Positions 1 to 12,553 of a DNA stretch of 64,000 bases are shown in pieces. Below the pieces are notes generated by a model. That model searched no databases and had not been told where the DNA came from. It saw nothing but the letters and a program-made list of their open reading frames with translations. This DNA comes from Paraspadella gotoi (lineage: Eukaryota > Animalia > Chaetognatha). The DNA lies in NCBI GenBank assembly GCA_051294375.1, contig CM119269.1:20817665-20881664 (forward strand), in the 5' to 3' direction. Position 1 is the stretch's first letter, and each line of letters opens with the position of its first letter. A program made the position numbers and the translations under genes.

Positions 1-85
1 AAGTTAGATATATCCGATCGATTTGACCATGCCCGCTTTTGGGCCGTTTCTAAAAGCTGCCCACGTTTCCAAGTAATCCACGTCA
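1..85 (-). CDS. AKR1-family reductase, coding exon 4 (partial; gene runs off the window start)
   Basis: Acceptor ttcaag|T completes the Ser codon. Reads DVDYLETWAA..E...KAGMVKSIG(I)SNF, the canonical AKR 'TW.AME.L...G.VKSIGVSNF' motif. Confidence 0.9.
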
Positions 86-213
86 CTTGAAGAATCGAGT
101 GGAAGAATTACGAAATAAAGAATTTGAAAAAAAAAATTGAATATTATAAATATAATTCTTATATTGGTTGCTGTTAGCAATTTCATAGAATTCAAACCAT
201 AAGATTAACTAAC

Positions 214-360
214 GAGTAAAGTGTCTTGCCGTCGGCGTCGGCGGGAAATTATCGCCGCCCTCCTCATATCCTTGCGGCCAGTGATGAGCATCATATCTAC
301 GTAGTCGAGCTGAAGCGATTTAAGGCTCTTGTTGAGGTTGACTGCGGTTTTTTTCTCTGG
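214..360 (-). CDS. AKR1-family reductase, coding exon 3 (catalytic His, IHWP)
   Basis: Acceptor ccttag|. Reads ..NLNKSLKSLQLDYVDMMLI(H)WPQGYEEGGDNFP.DADGKTLYS, needing 1-bp insertions in short C runs. Donor tactc|gttagt (phase 2). Confidence 0.92.
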
Positions 361-519
361 CTAAGGACGTGAGGATATTCAATTAAAATTGCAGCTAGTT
401 ATAATTTTATTTGAACCATACTGCCCTACAAAAAGAAGCTCAATTTTAATATTCTAAACGACATGAGTTATTATTTATTGCTCTCTTCTGTGACTAGTCA
501 CCACACCCAAGATGCTTAC

Positions 520-679
520 AGTGAAAAGTGTTCCAAATTTTTCCGGGTGATAAGAGAGTCCTCCCCTTGACTGTCCCATCACTGATCTTTTGTTGGAGGG
601 CGGTCGCGATCCTCTGTCCTCGTTTCCGTAGATCATCGCGCAATCGATCGTGTGACGATAAACCGCGGTCAATGGCCGC
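520..679 (-). CDS. AKR1-family reductase, coding exon 2 (catalytic Asp, Tyr, Lys region)
   Basis: Acceptor ccccag|GCGGCC. With small indels it reads AAID.G.YRH.IDCAMIYGNE...ALQQKISDGTVK.ED..IT.KIWNTFH. Donor cact|gtaagc. Confidence 0.92.
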
Positions 680-879
680 CTGGGGACGAGAAATGGGCCG
701 GAAGTTACCGTTCTATAAACTGTTTATGACAAAATTTACTTTCGCGATTGCTTAAAAAATAATAAACAATTAAAAAAAATCGGCGAATATAAAATTATGT
801 TTAAGGTAAAAATCTTGAGGTTTGGCGTTTTTTTAAAAAAAACTATTTAATTTTTTTTAATTTATTATTATTTTTATTA

Positions 880-1116
880 CCCTGACCATAAACTACCCTT
901 AACCCCTTTAAACCCGGACGGCAAAAGTAAAATAAACTATATATAATATAATATTATAAAATATTTTTTATAATTTTAAAAATAATTTAATAATAATTTA
1001 TAAAAATATTTGTTTTATGGCATAATTTAAATTTTGCTCGACTGGGTTAAAAGGGTTTTAGGGTAAGTGATTTAAAGGTGGTTTAGGGTGAGGGTTAGTT
1101 AGGGTTAAAAGGGTTG
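880..1116. repeat. Imperfect foldback with TAACCC/GGGTTA-like arms in AKR intron 1
   Basis: Left arm 'aacccctttaaacccggacggcaaaa' (~901-926) is imperfectly inverted by 'ttttgctcgactgggttaaaagggtt' (~1032-1057) around an AT-rich core. Confidence 0.45.
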
Positions 1117-1145
1117 AAAATAATTAAAGTTTTCGCACAGGGTAC

Positions 1146-1249
1146 CTTGACGGCAGTTCCCCACTTGGCCTGGCTGAGATTTCCAAGTGCCCCCGCAACT
1201 GAGGGATTTTTATTCCGTCGTTCAATCGATAAAGGGGAACAGCCGCCAT
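1146..1249 (-). CDS. Aldo-keto reductase (AKR1 family, aldose/aldehyde reductase-like), coding exon 1
   Basis: Minus strand reads MAAVPLYRLNDGIKIPQL-(indel)-GTWKSQPGQVGTAVK, followed by a GT donor (aag|gtacc). This matches the AKR1 N-terminus pattern 'LNNG.KMP.LGLGTWKS.PG.V..AVK'. One frameshift is needed. Confidence 0.9.
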
Positions 1250-2746
1250 AATTTTTAAAAATGGATTCTGTTAATTTTTAGAAAAAAACCAAAAAGAAAA
1301 TTAATAGTATAAGAGGAAAGCTTTTGTTATAATTAGTTCCAGCAGTTTTGAACTTAATATCCACTGGTAATTACCGAGCTACACGTTTAAAAATAACCCA
1401 AAAAATTAGAAAGAGACAGGAGAGAGAGACGAAATTTGGTTGGAGTATAAAATTCAAAATTATCACAGATTCGGGTCGGATAACAGCTTTTTTTTTTTTA
1501 AAGAAAAATCAGTTATCTTCAATTTGGATGACGAGATTTTGAAAAACAGAAGTCTGGGTGAAGATCGAAAAAAAAAAACAAGTCCAGCTCGGTCATACTG
1601 ATATTCATGCATATTTGAGAAAGACGAAATTAAAATTACAGATGAAGAATTAAATTGCGATTGCCAGTTGTGTTCCCCAATTCTTCCTGCATTAATTCAA
1701 ATAGTCCAAATATTTTTTTGTATGATCGAAAAAAATTTGTTATGATCAATAATAATAAAGTCAATACAGAGATCAATAAATACGAATCGTATCACAAATA
1801 ATCAATGTTATTTTTCGACCGTAATTTCATTTATAAACTTATACAATATACAAAGAGATGAAACTAAGAGAAATACGATTTTAATTTTAAAAAATGCTGC
1901 ACCGGCATCGGATTAACGTTTTGCCTAACAAAGTTTTTGAGATCTTCTTATCATTTTTTCGATCGAGCATTATTACACACCAAAATTTAGGGGCTCTTCT
2001 TGATGTAATTTACTTCATACTAAATAAGTAGAATATAGATCATGCTTAGAATCATCATATGCTTATTGCAGAACTTAGAAGTAATGCTTATGTCAAAAAA
2101 GTTCCTTCTTCCTAATTTGGTTTCTTATATTGATCGCCCTCAACACTTTCAACAATTAGAACAACTAAACAAAAGCAAGAGTTTGTCTCCTGGAAAAGAG
2201 ACCATGGACGCATATTAGAATATAATAAATATAAAGAGTCATATATTTGAATTTTAGTACTCATTGAATTTTATCTGATATGTCTTATTCAAAAAAGTAT
2301 TTTCAATAATGATAACAAACGAAACCTGGGTAAAATTAAAGGTAAAATTATGCCAAAGGTGAACAAGAAAGAGAGTTTTTTTCTTCGATTCCATATACAT
2401 CTCCATATAAAATCATTACATTCCCGCATTACCATAAAGCCTTGCTAGCTTACGGAATTATAAGACGGTTTCGCGTTAAAATCGACGAACAAAAAACCTT
2501 TACCTTAGTACGATAAGAGTAACATTACCAATCGCTAGATATTCCGATTTTTTAGCTTCGATATACCTTCAGGTCGGCTTTTCACGTATATTTGCGCGCC
2601 CGATTTCACACGCGTCCGTTTGCTTTCGGGACTCTTTCCTGTAATCAGCTACGACGAAAGCTGATGGGCAACAATGAAGCTTGGAGCCGCCTGGCAATGC
2701 ATCTGCAAGGGCAAGTCCCACAAGAACGATTCTGTCCAACTTCTAC

Positions 2747-2786
2747 ATGTTCCGAATACTACTGCTTCTCCTACTGCTTTCCGAAG
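2747..2786 (+). CDS. Candidate signal-peptide exon (MFRILLLLLLLSE) of a small secreted protein
   Basis: The ATG lies inside an exon bounded by ttcag|(2573) and the strong donor aag|gtgaga. It encodes a hydrophobic Leu run and ends in phase 1. A second open frame through the same exon cannot be excluded. Confidence 0.4.
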
Positions 2787-2862
2787 GTGAGAGCGCAGTA
2801 TTTTGTAGATTTCTCTCCTATTGTTACAGGGGAGGTAGAAGCTGGTGAAAACCGAAAAAACG

Positions 2863-2940
<78 letters not shown>

Positions 2941-3467
2941 TCTCTCTCTCTCTTCCTGCTCCATCCCTCCTTTCTTTAACGCCTCACCTATTGCTCAGGA
3001 GGCGCAAAAAGCCGCGGAGAAGAAATTTGAACCAGATGGAGAAGAAGGCGAGAGAAATGGCAGATCGGAAAAAAATCGGATCGGACAAAGCGGTGAGAAA
3101 AAAAAACGCGGATAAAATCGATACGCAAAACGTAGGTTATGTTAGCGTTAGTTTATGCTTTTGTGATTCTGCGTCTTTCGTACTTGAATCTATTGTAAAT
3201 ATATTTTTTGACCGGTTTTCGCCGTTGACCTGTCTTCGACTACATCGGTGTCAAGACAAATCTTTTCGTCCAGTTTCGTTCAATATTAAAAGAAAAATCT
3301 TATTAATTTATTTAATTACTATTTATTATTTATTAATTACTTCTTGGCTATTCGATATCGAAAAGTCAGTTTACTGTCCGTATTTAGGAAGAAATGAATT
3401 AATGCCAAAGAAATAATTTCACAAATTCTTGATGAGAACTCTCCCCTCACCGTGATTGTCGCTGCAG

Positions 3468-3656
3468 AGCTCGGTCGGCGGTGGGGAAGACATCTGCGAG
3501 GACACGGACCTCAAAGGCTTCCAGCCCTGCTTCAACGGGAAAAGGTGGAGGATGGGATTTCCCAGAGGCAACTTTCTCCCGGCCATTAGAGTCCGATTGC
3601 CCGAGCCTTGGCGGCCGGACAGATGTGCGACGGGCAAGGAGCACGAGGAGACGTGA
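3468..3656 (+). CDS. Candidate Cys-containing exon, EGF-like (ICEDTDLKGFQPCFNG...DCP/PEPW..GQMCD)
   Basis: Acceptor ctgcag|. GC-rich with G/C-ending codons like the GPCR exons. EGF-like elements are split across frames, so indels are required. The 3' boundary is uncertain. Confidence 0.45.
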   Translation, partial: SSVGGGEDICEDTDLKGFQPCFNGKRWRMGFPRGNFLPAIRVRLPEPWRPDRCATGKEHEET

Positions 3657-3907
3657 TGCTTCAGGTTTTCTTTCTCTCTTGTCGTTGTTCTATTTTTCTC
3701 TGCTCCCTTGTCTTTTTTGTTTTTCATTCTGTCCTTTTTTTTTTACTCCTGCCTCCAATTTTTTTTTCGCGTCTTTAGAAAAACCCTTCGTCAATTTATT
3801 CATATATCATATTTCTGCTAACATACTTTGCCTTCCCCACTTCTCTTTTCTCTCATTCCGCATTTAGCGCCCTTTTTCACTCTTCGCTCTCTGTCCTTTA
3901 TCCCCAG

Positions 3908-3960
3908 GTTCGTGTCCGTGTTGGCGGAAACAAGATAAAGAAAGCACACTCCGATGGTGA
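3908..3960 (+). CDS. Candidate terminal exon (phase 1: GSCPCWRKQDKESTLRW*)
   Basis: Long polypyrimidine tract and tccccag acceptor at 3907; reading frame is inferred. Confidence 0.25.
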
Positions 3961-4470
3961 AGTGAAGCGAGAAACCTGTTGTTGCAAACAGATCCACCCC
4001 CTCCTCTCTCTCTCTCTCTCTCTTCTCTCGTTCACTCTCTCTCTCTCGAATCGCGCGTGTGCTGAACTTTTTTTATTCGTGAAACGAACAAATATTTTAG
4101 TAAAACTAATTTGGCAGATTGTGCTGCTAAAATTCTCTCGTCCCGAATTAAATCTAAAATGGATAATCTCGTCAGTTATTTTGACTTAAAGACGTTCGCG
4201 TAACTCGTGATCGAGTCGTCTGTCCGCGTCTCGAGAATTAATCGGGTGCGCGTTGCGTCTCTCGGATCATTCATCGACGGAAAATTATCGCTTTTTCGGC
4301 TTCTTTTTTTGTTTTGTTGTTTTTTTTTTTTTTCCGTTTTCCATTTTACGGTAATAAAGCGGGATTGGCGATAAAAACGTCAGGAGCTTCCAGTCGAGCC
4401 TTCCAAAGTGGGAAATTGCAAAAATGTTTTGTGATCTTCTCTCTCTCTCTCTCTCTCTCTCGTCTCTCTC

Positions 4471-4506
<36 letters not shown>

Positions 4507-4917
4507 GTCTATCTCTCGTCTCTCTCCCATATTATTTTTATTTTTTCAAACGAACAAATAGTCTGATGGTTTTAACCCATGATTCCACGATTCAGTTTAA
4601 GTGCCAAACCAATCGCTTCCAATTAATTGTGCGAGTTTTTTTCTTCCTTTTTTCCCCCTTTCGTCCTTCATTGCTCTTTTTTTCTCTTTTCCTTCCTCCT
4701 TTTCTTTCATTTCCTCTCTCATTTTTTTTCCTTTCCATCTCTTGCTCTTTACAATTTTTTTCCCTCTTTATCTTCTTTATTAAACCCGCGAAGCAAACTT
4801 TTATGGTTTAAGGTTTTTTTTTTCGTCATCATCGTCCTCGTCATCCCTCACTTCTCCTTTCTCGCGATTCGTATTCCCTCCTCGCGAATCATGAGGCGTC
4901 GCGTTTCATTTCCTTTC

Positions 4918-4952
<35 letters not shown>

Positions 4953-5883
4953 GCTGACGTCGACGGCGCGAAAAAACTTCTTACGTCCAAACGACTGACG
5001 ACGACCGACGAACGCGACGACGATTGCGACGACGTCCGAAATTATTCGCGACTTTCTGCACGTATCGTCGAGTTTAGTCGTTCGTTCCATTTCGCGTGTC
5101 GTCGTCGGTGAATCGTCCATTATCGTCGCATTTCTGTCGTTCGTTGCAAACGTTGTCTTTCCGTTGTTCGTTGCCGTCGGTCGTCGTCGCCGTCGTTCCT
5201 CAGGATTCCAATCGCCCGAAGTGAAAATACTCGATCTCTTTTTTTTCTCTCTTCGCTGACAAAAAAGTCTTTCGATGACGGGAAAAACCCGCGATGCAGA
5301 TTCAACGGTCCTTATTACTAATTTTCGGGTCAGAATTACAATAATTGTGAAAAGTAAATTAGTGATGAACAGAATTTAAGTCATACGTACGAGTTTTGAA
5401 ATGAAATTTTGAAATGTATCTGAAATTAGGAACAACTTCCTACCGACATTTATTAAAATGTTATAATATTAAAACTAAAGAACACGAAAATTAGTAAAGG
5501 ATCAAAAAATGCATTTTACTTTAGATTTCGTGATCATAGGAAAATGAGTAAATATTGTAAAAATAAAATTATCAGATTTTTATTGCTACGAAAATAAAAA
5601 TTAACTAATAAACAAAAACTACGCCTCTCCGTCTTGAACATAAGAGAAACAAGATACGTACTGAAACTGAAGCTGAAGAAAAAGACAAGAAAAAAAATTA
5701 AATAAAACCAAAAAAAGTACTAAAAGAAAATTAACTAATACAAATTTACAATAAACTCAAAAGTCTAACCGGGAACGATTTGGAAAGATAAAAACGAATG
5801 ATTTGACAAAAAGAAAATCCAAAACAAAAACAAATTAATTAATTCATTTCCGCGATGAATTCAAAGTTTTAAAAGTCGGCAAG

Positions 5884-5921
<38 letters not shown>

Positions 5922-6644
5922 TTTTTTAGAAAAAAAAATTGAATCAGATTCATTTTGAAAAAAATCGGCGGGCTCTTCTTGATTATTTTGGGTAAGTTAA
6001 AGGATGAACGAAAGAAAGAAAGAAGAAAAGAATGAAAAGAGGAAATCAGGAAAGAAAGAAGGAAAGAAAGAAAAAAAAGGGAAGAAGAGAGGAAAAAAAA
6101 ACAAGAAAGGGAGAAAGAAAGCAAGAAAAATAGATAAATAAAAAGCAGAAAGATTCCAAAGCTTCACTCATGGCAAAGAAATAATTTACCATAATTTACC
6201 AAAACCGGAAAAAATTATAATCCGTATATATATCGTTCGAGGACGATTTATATCCTAAAAAAAGGTGTCGTTAAAAGGGGAAAGAATTCTTTAGGCAATT
6301 TTATTTCTCGTTTTCTCTCTCGGCGGAGACTTTCGGTTTTCGTTAATGAGAAAAAATGGTTGCCTCCCAGCGGAGCTAAAGTCAGGGCTTCAGCTGAGAA
6401 AAAAAGAAAATCACAATGATGCAGCAATATTATTCGTTTTATGTGCAGTAAAAAATATGTTCTAATACCCTAATATTGTGGAATTAGTATGATATGTGAA
6501 ATGAAATATGGGTTTAATAATTTTACTTTTAAAACTAAAACACTGACCGACCAATAACAGTTTTCTCTTCCGATGCTTCGTCGCATCGAAAAAGTTTTGA
6601 ACCACCGAGCGAAGGAACAAATTCTCGTTAAGGTTTGGAAGTTT

Positions 6645-6737
<93 letters not shown>

Positions 6738-7469
6738 GGCATCAAAAGGAGGAGAGAGTAGGAAAAAAAAGGAAAAATGTCAGAATAAGAAAAGAGAGAA
6801 TTTTTCTCGGACGTGAACGCAAAAAGAATCCTTTTTCTTTTCAAGGAAAAAAAAAAGAATAAAAAAGTATTTTGGTGATAAATCCTCGTTGAAATCCCTC
6901 CACATCCCGAAAAAGTCTTTTCTTTTTCTCTTCCTTCTCTGCTCTGAATCCAAATCATCTTCTGTAAATAAATAAATAAATAAACAACTTAAGCCGTCCA
7001 CGCGGGATTTCTTCTTGATCCCCAACTGATTTCGTCTCCCTCACTCGAATTTCCGCAGCACCCTGCACCATAGTCACAATCACTCTATCACTCTCATCGT
7101 ACAATAGCGCCATCGGTTTTTTTTCTTTTAGTCTTTAGAGGCACATAGATATAACTAAATATAATATTTATAAACGTAAGATTAGTAAGCCAATATTTAC
7201 GCAACGTAATTCCATGTTTTCTTTTTATCCCAGTTTCGTCATCTCTATTTCGTTTATCCGGGGATATAATGAATAATATTTCAATGAGAGGTGAACTCGA
7301 GTGATATCGTCAACTTTCTCTCGTTACTTATTTTTCTCCTTCCTTTCTTCTTTTCTTTTCTTTCATTTCCTTATTTCCTCCAAATTCTTCCCCCTCCCTC
7401 TCCGAAGTAGTTTTATTAAGTTGTGGTGTCTGGTGTGGAGGGGAGAAATAGAAGATAAGGGGAGATGGG

Positions 7470-7908
7470 TGAATGAAAGAGCGATTAAGTGTAAATGAAA
7501 GAGCGATCGGACGTGAATGACGATGCGATCGAAATTGAATGAAATGCAATCGAATGTGAATGACGATGCGATCGAACGTGAATGAAAGAGCGATCGAATG
7601 TGAATGACGATGCGATCGAACGTGAATAAAAGAGCGATCGAATGTGAATAACGATGCGATCAAACGTGAATGTAAGAGCGTTTGAATGTGAAAGACGATG
7701 CGATCGAACGTGAATGAAATGCAATCAAATGTGAATGACGATTCGATCGAATGTGAATGAAATGCAATTGAATGTGAATGATGATGTGATCGAATATTAA
7801 TGAAATGCAATCAAATATGAATGACGATGCGATCGAACGTGAATGAAAGAGCGATCGAACGTGAATGAAAGAGCGATCGAATGTGAATGACGATGCGATG
7901 AAACGTGA
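7470..7908 (+). repeat. Minisatellite, ~20 copies of a 21-22 bp unit with alternating variants
   Basis: Units gaatgacgatgcgatcgaacgt, gaatgaaagagcgatcgaatgt and gaatgaaatgcaatcgaatgt occur in tandem with no unique spacers. Confidence 0.9.
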
Positions 7909-8286
7909 TGGTGACGCCTAGACTCATACTTGGGATTAGATTCGGTCTCCTTTCTTGATCCTTGTCGGCTTAACAGAGCGTCTCTGTCGACGCGCAGCGG
8001 CCGACTCGGATTGGCCCTTACCCTTTGCTGAGCCTTTGCCATTACCCTCGGCGGGGCCCTTACCCAACAACAACAACGACTTTTATTCGATCCTTTGCAC
8101 AGTCGTTAAGATTTCGTCATCTTAAAAAAAGTGGCAATTTCTTTAATATTCTTTTTTTTTTCTTCTTCTCGCGCCATCTACTAAAAGAGGCAACCTCGCC
8201 ATAACCTTTCACGCCTGTAACATCGAACCATCCCACTGAAGCCGAGTCGCTAACGACGAAGACATCCATCCAGTTTATCATAAACT

Positions 8287-8358
<72 letters not shown>

Positions 8359-8900
8359 CGACAAACGAGGGTATTTACAAGCTCATTATTTCACTCGTAA
8401 GACAGACTCCGAGAGATTCTGACACACTTATCGCAGCATGACATCCTCACATGACTCGATCGGTGATGCTCTCGTTGTCCTGTCGCAAGTCACTTTCTCT
8501 AAAACTCAAGTTTTACTGACAAATTTTGAGCTCTCTTTATATTTTATATTTGATTATTATATCGGTTTTTATCTGGGTCAGTGAGTTTTACCTAGTTCTT
8601 ATTTTAATTTCTGTTTTAAATAATTTTAAAAAGTGTCTCTTTGACAATCGTCGTCGAGTTCGTCTGTTATGTCGATGTCGAATAACCCCTTTTCATTGGT
8701 CAAAGTTCTTTGTAAATTAGTCCGTAACACGAGGATATTAATTTTATTATTTCTTTCTCGATTCATTTTTACTCTTTTACTTATGGTTCTCTCCTTTGTC
8801 CCCTTTCTCTTTTCTTTCTCTTCCTTCTCTTAGTCGTCTCAAACTTAAGTCCAGAGAGTTAAGCGTTAATCGCCAGAAGTTATCGTCTTAAGGCGATCCC

Positions 8901-8948
<48 letters not shown>

Positions 8949-10380
8949 CCCGCCTTTTTTATACTCGTTTCTCACTCTTGCATCATTTGCTATAAGACTT
9001 TCTCTAGCAAAACGTTTAGATCTCGGATTTAGAAGAAGGACATTCGATGTTGCCCAAGGATTTTCGTGGAGTCGTCGTGAAATCAAACGTTTTTGACGTA
9101 ATTATGTGATATACTAATAAACGAGAACTTTTAGAAGCGGAAAAAGCAACAAAAAATTTATAAATCACAAAAAGGAGAATTCCTAAAAAATCCTACCTAT
9201 AGAATTTAAAATGACAGGGAAGGATAGTAGGTATTAGGAAGATAAGTTTTAGGATAGGAACAGCGAAACCAATATATGATTTTTTTTCGGTCTTTCATCT
9301 TTTATTCTCCAAACGCGATTTGCTTCTCTTTTCTTTTCGCGTCTAAAATTCTGTTTTGTCCTCCTTTAGAGTTTAATGTTCCGGGTTTTCTTTGCTTTAT
9401 GTTTTCGTCGCTTGCATTCTTTGTTTTCTTTTTAGTTTTTTTTTTTTATTTTCTTGTCGGGTGTTTTCTTTTTCGCCTTTTGTGTCCGCAATTTTCAGCT
9501 TCTTGGCTTTTCCATTTTGCAACGAGGCCACGTTTTTTTTGTTTGTTTTTTTTTTTTGTGCTTTTTTTCAATTCCTTTTTGAAAACTCGAATAGTACACG
9601 AAATGATGAAACAAGAAAAGAAGATATTATTTTGAAAAAAAATTATTTAAAATAGTTTAAAGGGAAATATTAAAAATTAATCAAGAATAAAGACAAATAA
9701 GAAAACAACAACAAAGAGGGAAGGACGTTACGTTCGTCTCAGGGATCCGATATCTACTCGTACCGACTTCCAAAAAGAAAATGTATCGAGTTAGTGAAAA
9801 TATCGAGGTGGAAAGAATAGGAGGAGTCGGGGGGGGGGAATGGGGGCAAAATATTAGCGGAAGAAAGATTGGGAGACAACGTTCGGCGTTGGGAGTCGAG
9901 ATTCGAGAGGCGCTCGAGTTAAATACAAAGTTCCAGGAGTAAGTCACAATCAAATTCTCAGATCCGACGCTGTACTTTTTTTTCTACCGAAGAGAAATTC
10001 GGAATCAATGGTAAAAAATTCGCTGATAAATTCTAGGCCAGAATAGAAGATAGATTTTGCTAGAAAATTGTCTAACAAATTGAGGCCAAAACTTGGGATT
10101 CGAATCAAAATTCGGAGTCGAGGGAGAAAAATATTCGGGAGTCGAAACGAGGGGGAAAAAAGCGAAACATTTGGGAACCGAACCGTCGTTGTTGTCGTCG
10201 TCGCGATCGTCGTCATTTCCACCACGTCTCGGTTATTGTGGTCTTTGTAGTCACTAGTCACGACATTACATATTGTCCTCATCATGGATATGATCATTAT
10301 AATTTGCATTCTAATCAGGAGAATTTTATACAGCACCAATTGCAGCTGAATCATTATCAGCATATGTCGCTTCTTTTTTT

Positions 10381-10799
10381 CATAACCATCATCGCCATCA
10401 TCACCATCATTATCCCACCACCATGCATCATCTTCATCATCATCACCACATCATCACTCCTCATCACCTATCATCATCATCACATCATTCATCATCATCA
10501 TCATCACATCATCCTATCACCATCATCATCACCATCATCCTCACCATCATCCTCATCACCATCACCATCAATCATCATGATCATCACATCATCTACCATC
10601 ATCCTCATCATCATCATCATCATCATCATCATCACATCATCCTCACCATCATCCTCATCATCATCATCATCCATCACCTATCATCCCTCATCACCATCAT
10701 CATCACCATCATCCTCACCATCCATCCTCATCACCATCACCATCATCATCATATCATCACCATCATCACATCACCATCATCCTCATCATCATCATCCTC

Positions 10800-10831
<32 letters not shown>

Positions 10832-11285
10832 CACCATCATCATCACCATCATCCATCATCATCATCATCATCATCCCTCATCACCATCATCATCACCATC
10901 ATCATCACCATCATCATCATCATCCTCATCATCATCATCATCATCATCATCACCATCATCATCACCATCATCATCATCATCACCATCATCCTCATCACAT
11001 CACCATCATCATCACCATCATCATCACCTATCATCATTCATCCTCATCACCATCACCATCATCATCACCATCATCATCACCATCAATCATCATCATCCTC
11101 ATCCTCATCACCATCATACATCACCATCACCATATCACCATCATCACCATCATCACCAACCATCATCATCACCATATCATTCATCATCATCATCCCATCA
11201 CCATCATCCATCACCATCACCATCATCCTCATCACCATCACCATCATCATCATCACCATCATCCCAACCACAACAACATCACCCT
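10381..11285 (+). repeat. ~900 bp imperfect (CAT/CAC)n trinucleotide array
   Basis: Continuous catcat/caccat/cctcat run; explains the poly-H/S/I ORFs in every frame. Confidence 0.95.
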
Positions 11286-11603
11286 CGTCTAATTCTTAGA
11301 GTCAACGAGAACCAAGGAACGAGTTTTCTCCTTCCTGATTCCTGTTTACGTTTCCCTCCAATCTTTTTAAACATGAGGAAAATAGGATTCTCCTCCCCCC
11401 CCCTCTTTCTCATCCTCCTCCCTTTCTCCTTCTCATCCTCTTCTTCTTCCTCTTCTTCTCTTCTTCCTCCTTTTTTCCCTCCTTTGTATTTTTGTTTGCA
11501 ACTTGCCCCAAATCGTCTGTATTCGCGGACGGATAATCTTCCTTCCTTTTTTTTTTTTTTGTGGCTATTTTCCTTTTCTTTTAACCCTTTTCAGGTTCTT
11601 TAA

Positions 11604-12491
11604 GGGGACCAAGTGACCAGGGGGGTAAAAAGCTGAAAGCATAACATTTGACCCTTTAACTTAAGCTGGTTCTGACCATATAACTTTTTCTTCTATAATC
11701 ATTTAGGAAAATAGTTTAAAAAAATTCGATATAATCAGCTAGCTTAATTTTCTTTTAAAAATCGGTAAGAAGAAATCTTTTTCAAGTTTTTAATTTTTTT
11801 TTCCAAAAAAGTGGTAAGATCTAATTTTAAAAAGATCTTCAGCTTTATTCATAAAAATTTATAACAAAAAAAACTAGGAAAGAATCAAAATTTAGGGTAT
11901 CTGACTTGATTGTTATTTTAAACTTCTTTTTCAAATGATTCTGTTAATTGGATAAAAATAAAACTCTTTGAAGTAATATAAATATAAAAAAAAGAGAAAG
12001 ATTCTGTACTTTTTGCTAAATTTTTAATTGTTAAAATTAGGAATCAATATAGTTTAATAATATATTTAAAGGATGAATATGAATATTAATTAATAGTTAT
12101 TACAGTTTTGGTTTCTGTAAGAATAGAATTTAGGTTTGATTTTTCTGCTTTTTAAGTAAATATAAAAATAAAAAAATATTAGTCTTGTAAAGCCTTTGTT
12201 CAATGAGGCTTAAAACCTAAAATAGTAGCTTTGTACAGTAAAAAGAAAAAAATTGGAATTTAGTAAAAAGTACTTTCTAATGCAAAAATAAATAAATGGA
12301 TTATATAAATATTTAGGTAGGGTCAACTAATTTTTTTTTCATAATTTTTAAATTTTTGTTTCCGCTACAATAAGAGATAGGAATTTTTTCGCCACTTTCC
12401 CGTGCAAAAAAAAATATATGACTATCACCATTCAAATTCCTTTGATGATAGACCCTTAAGCTTATGATATCATTTTTATCACTGGGTCCCC
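11604..12491. mobile_element. Non-autonomous DNA transposon with TTAA TSD, Kolobok-like
   Basis: ttaa|GGGGACCAAGTGA ... TCACTGGGTCCCC|ttaa: 13-bp TIRs (12/13 match) flanked by TTAA on both sides. Purine (GG) termini fit Kolobok rather than piggyBac (CC). Interior is AT-rich and non-coding. Confidence 0.75.
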
Positions 12492-12553
12492 TTAAACTTA
12501 CATCTCTCATAAATCTCATTTCTTTTCTCTTCTTCAGTTTCTAATTGTATCTT

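Noticed and set aside
7470-7908. Possible CRISPR array
   Set aside because: Units are contiguous variants with no unique spacers, there are no cas genes, and the context is eukaryotic.
10238-11299. 353-aa and 289-aa His/Ser/Ile-rich ORFs
   Set aside because: Products of the (CAT/CAC)n array; open in several frames, with no splice or domain support.
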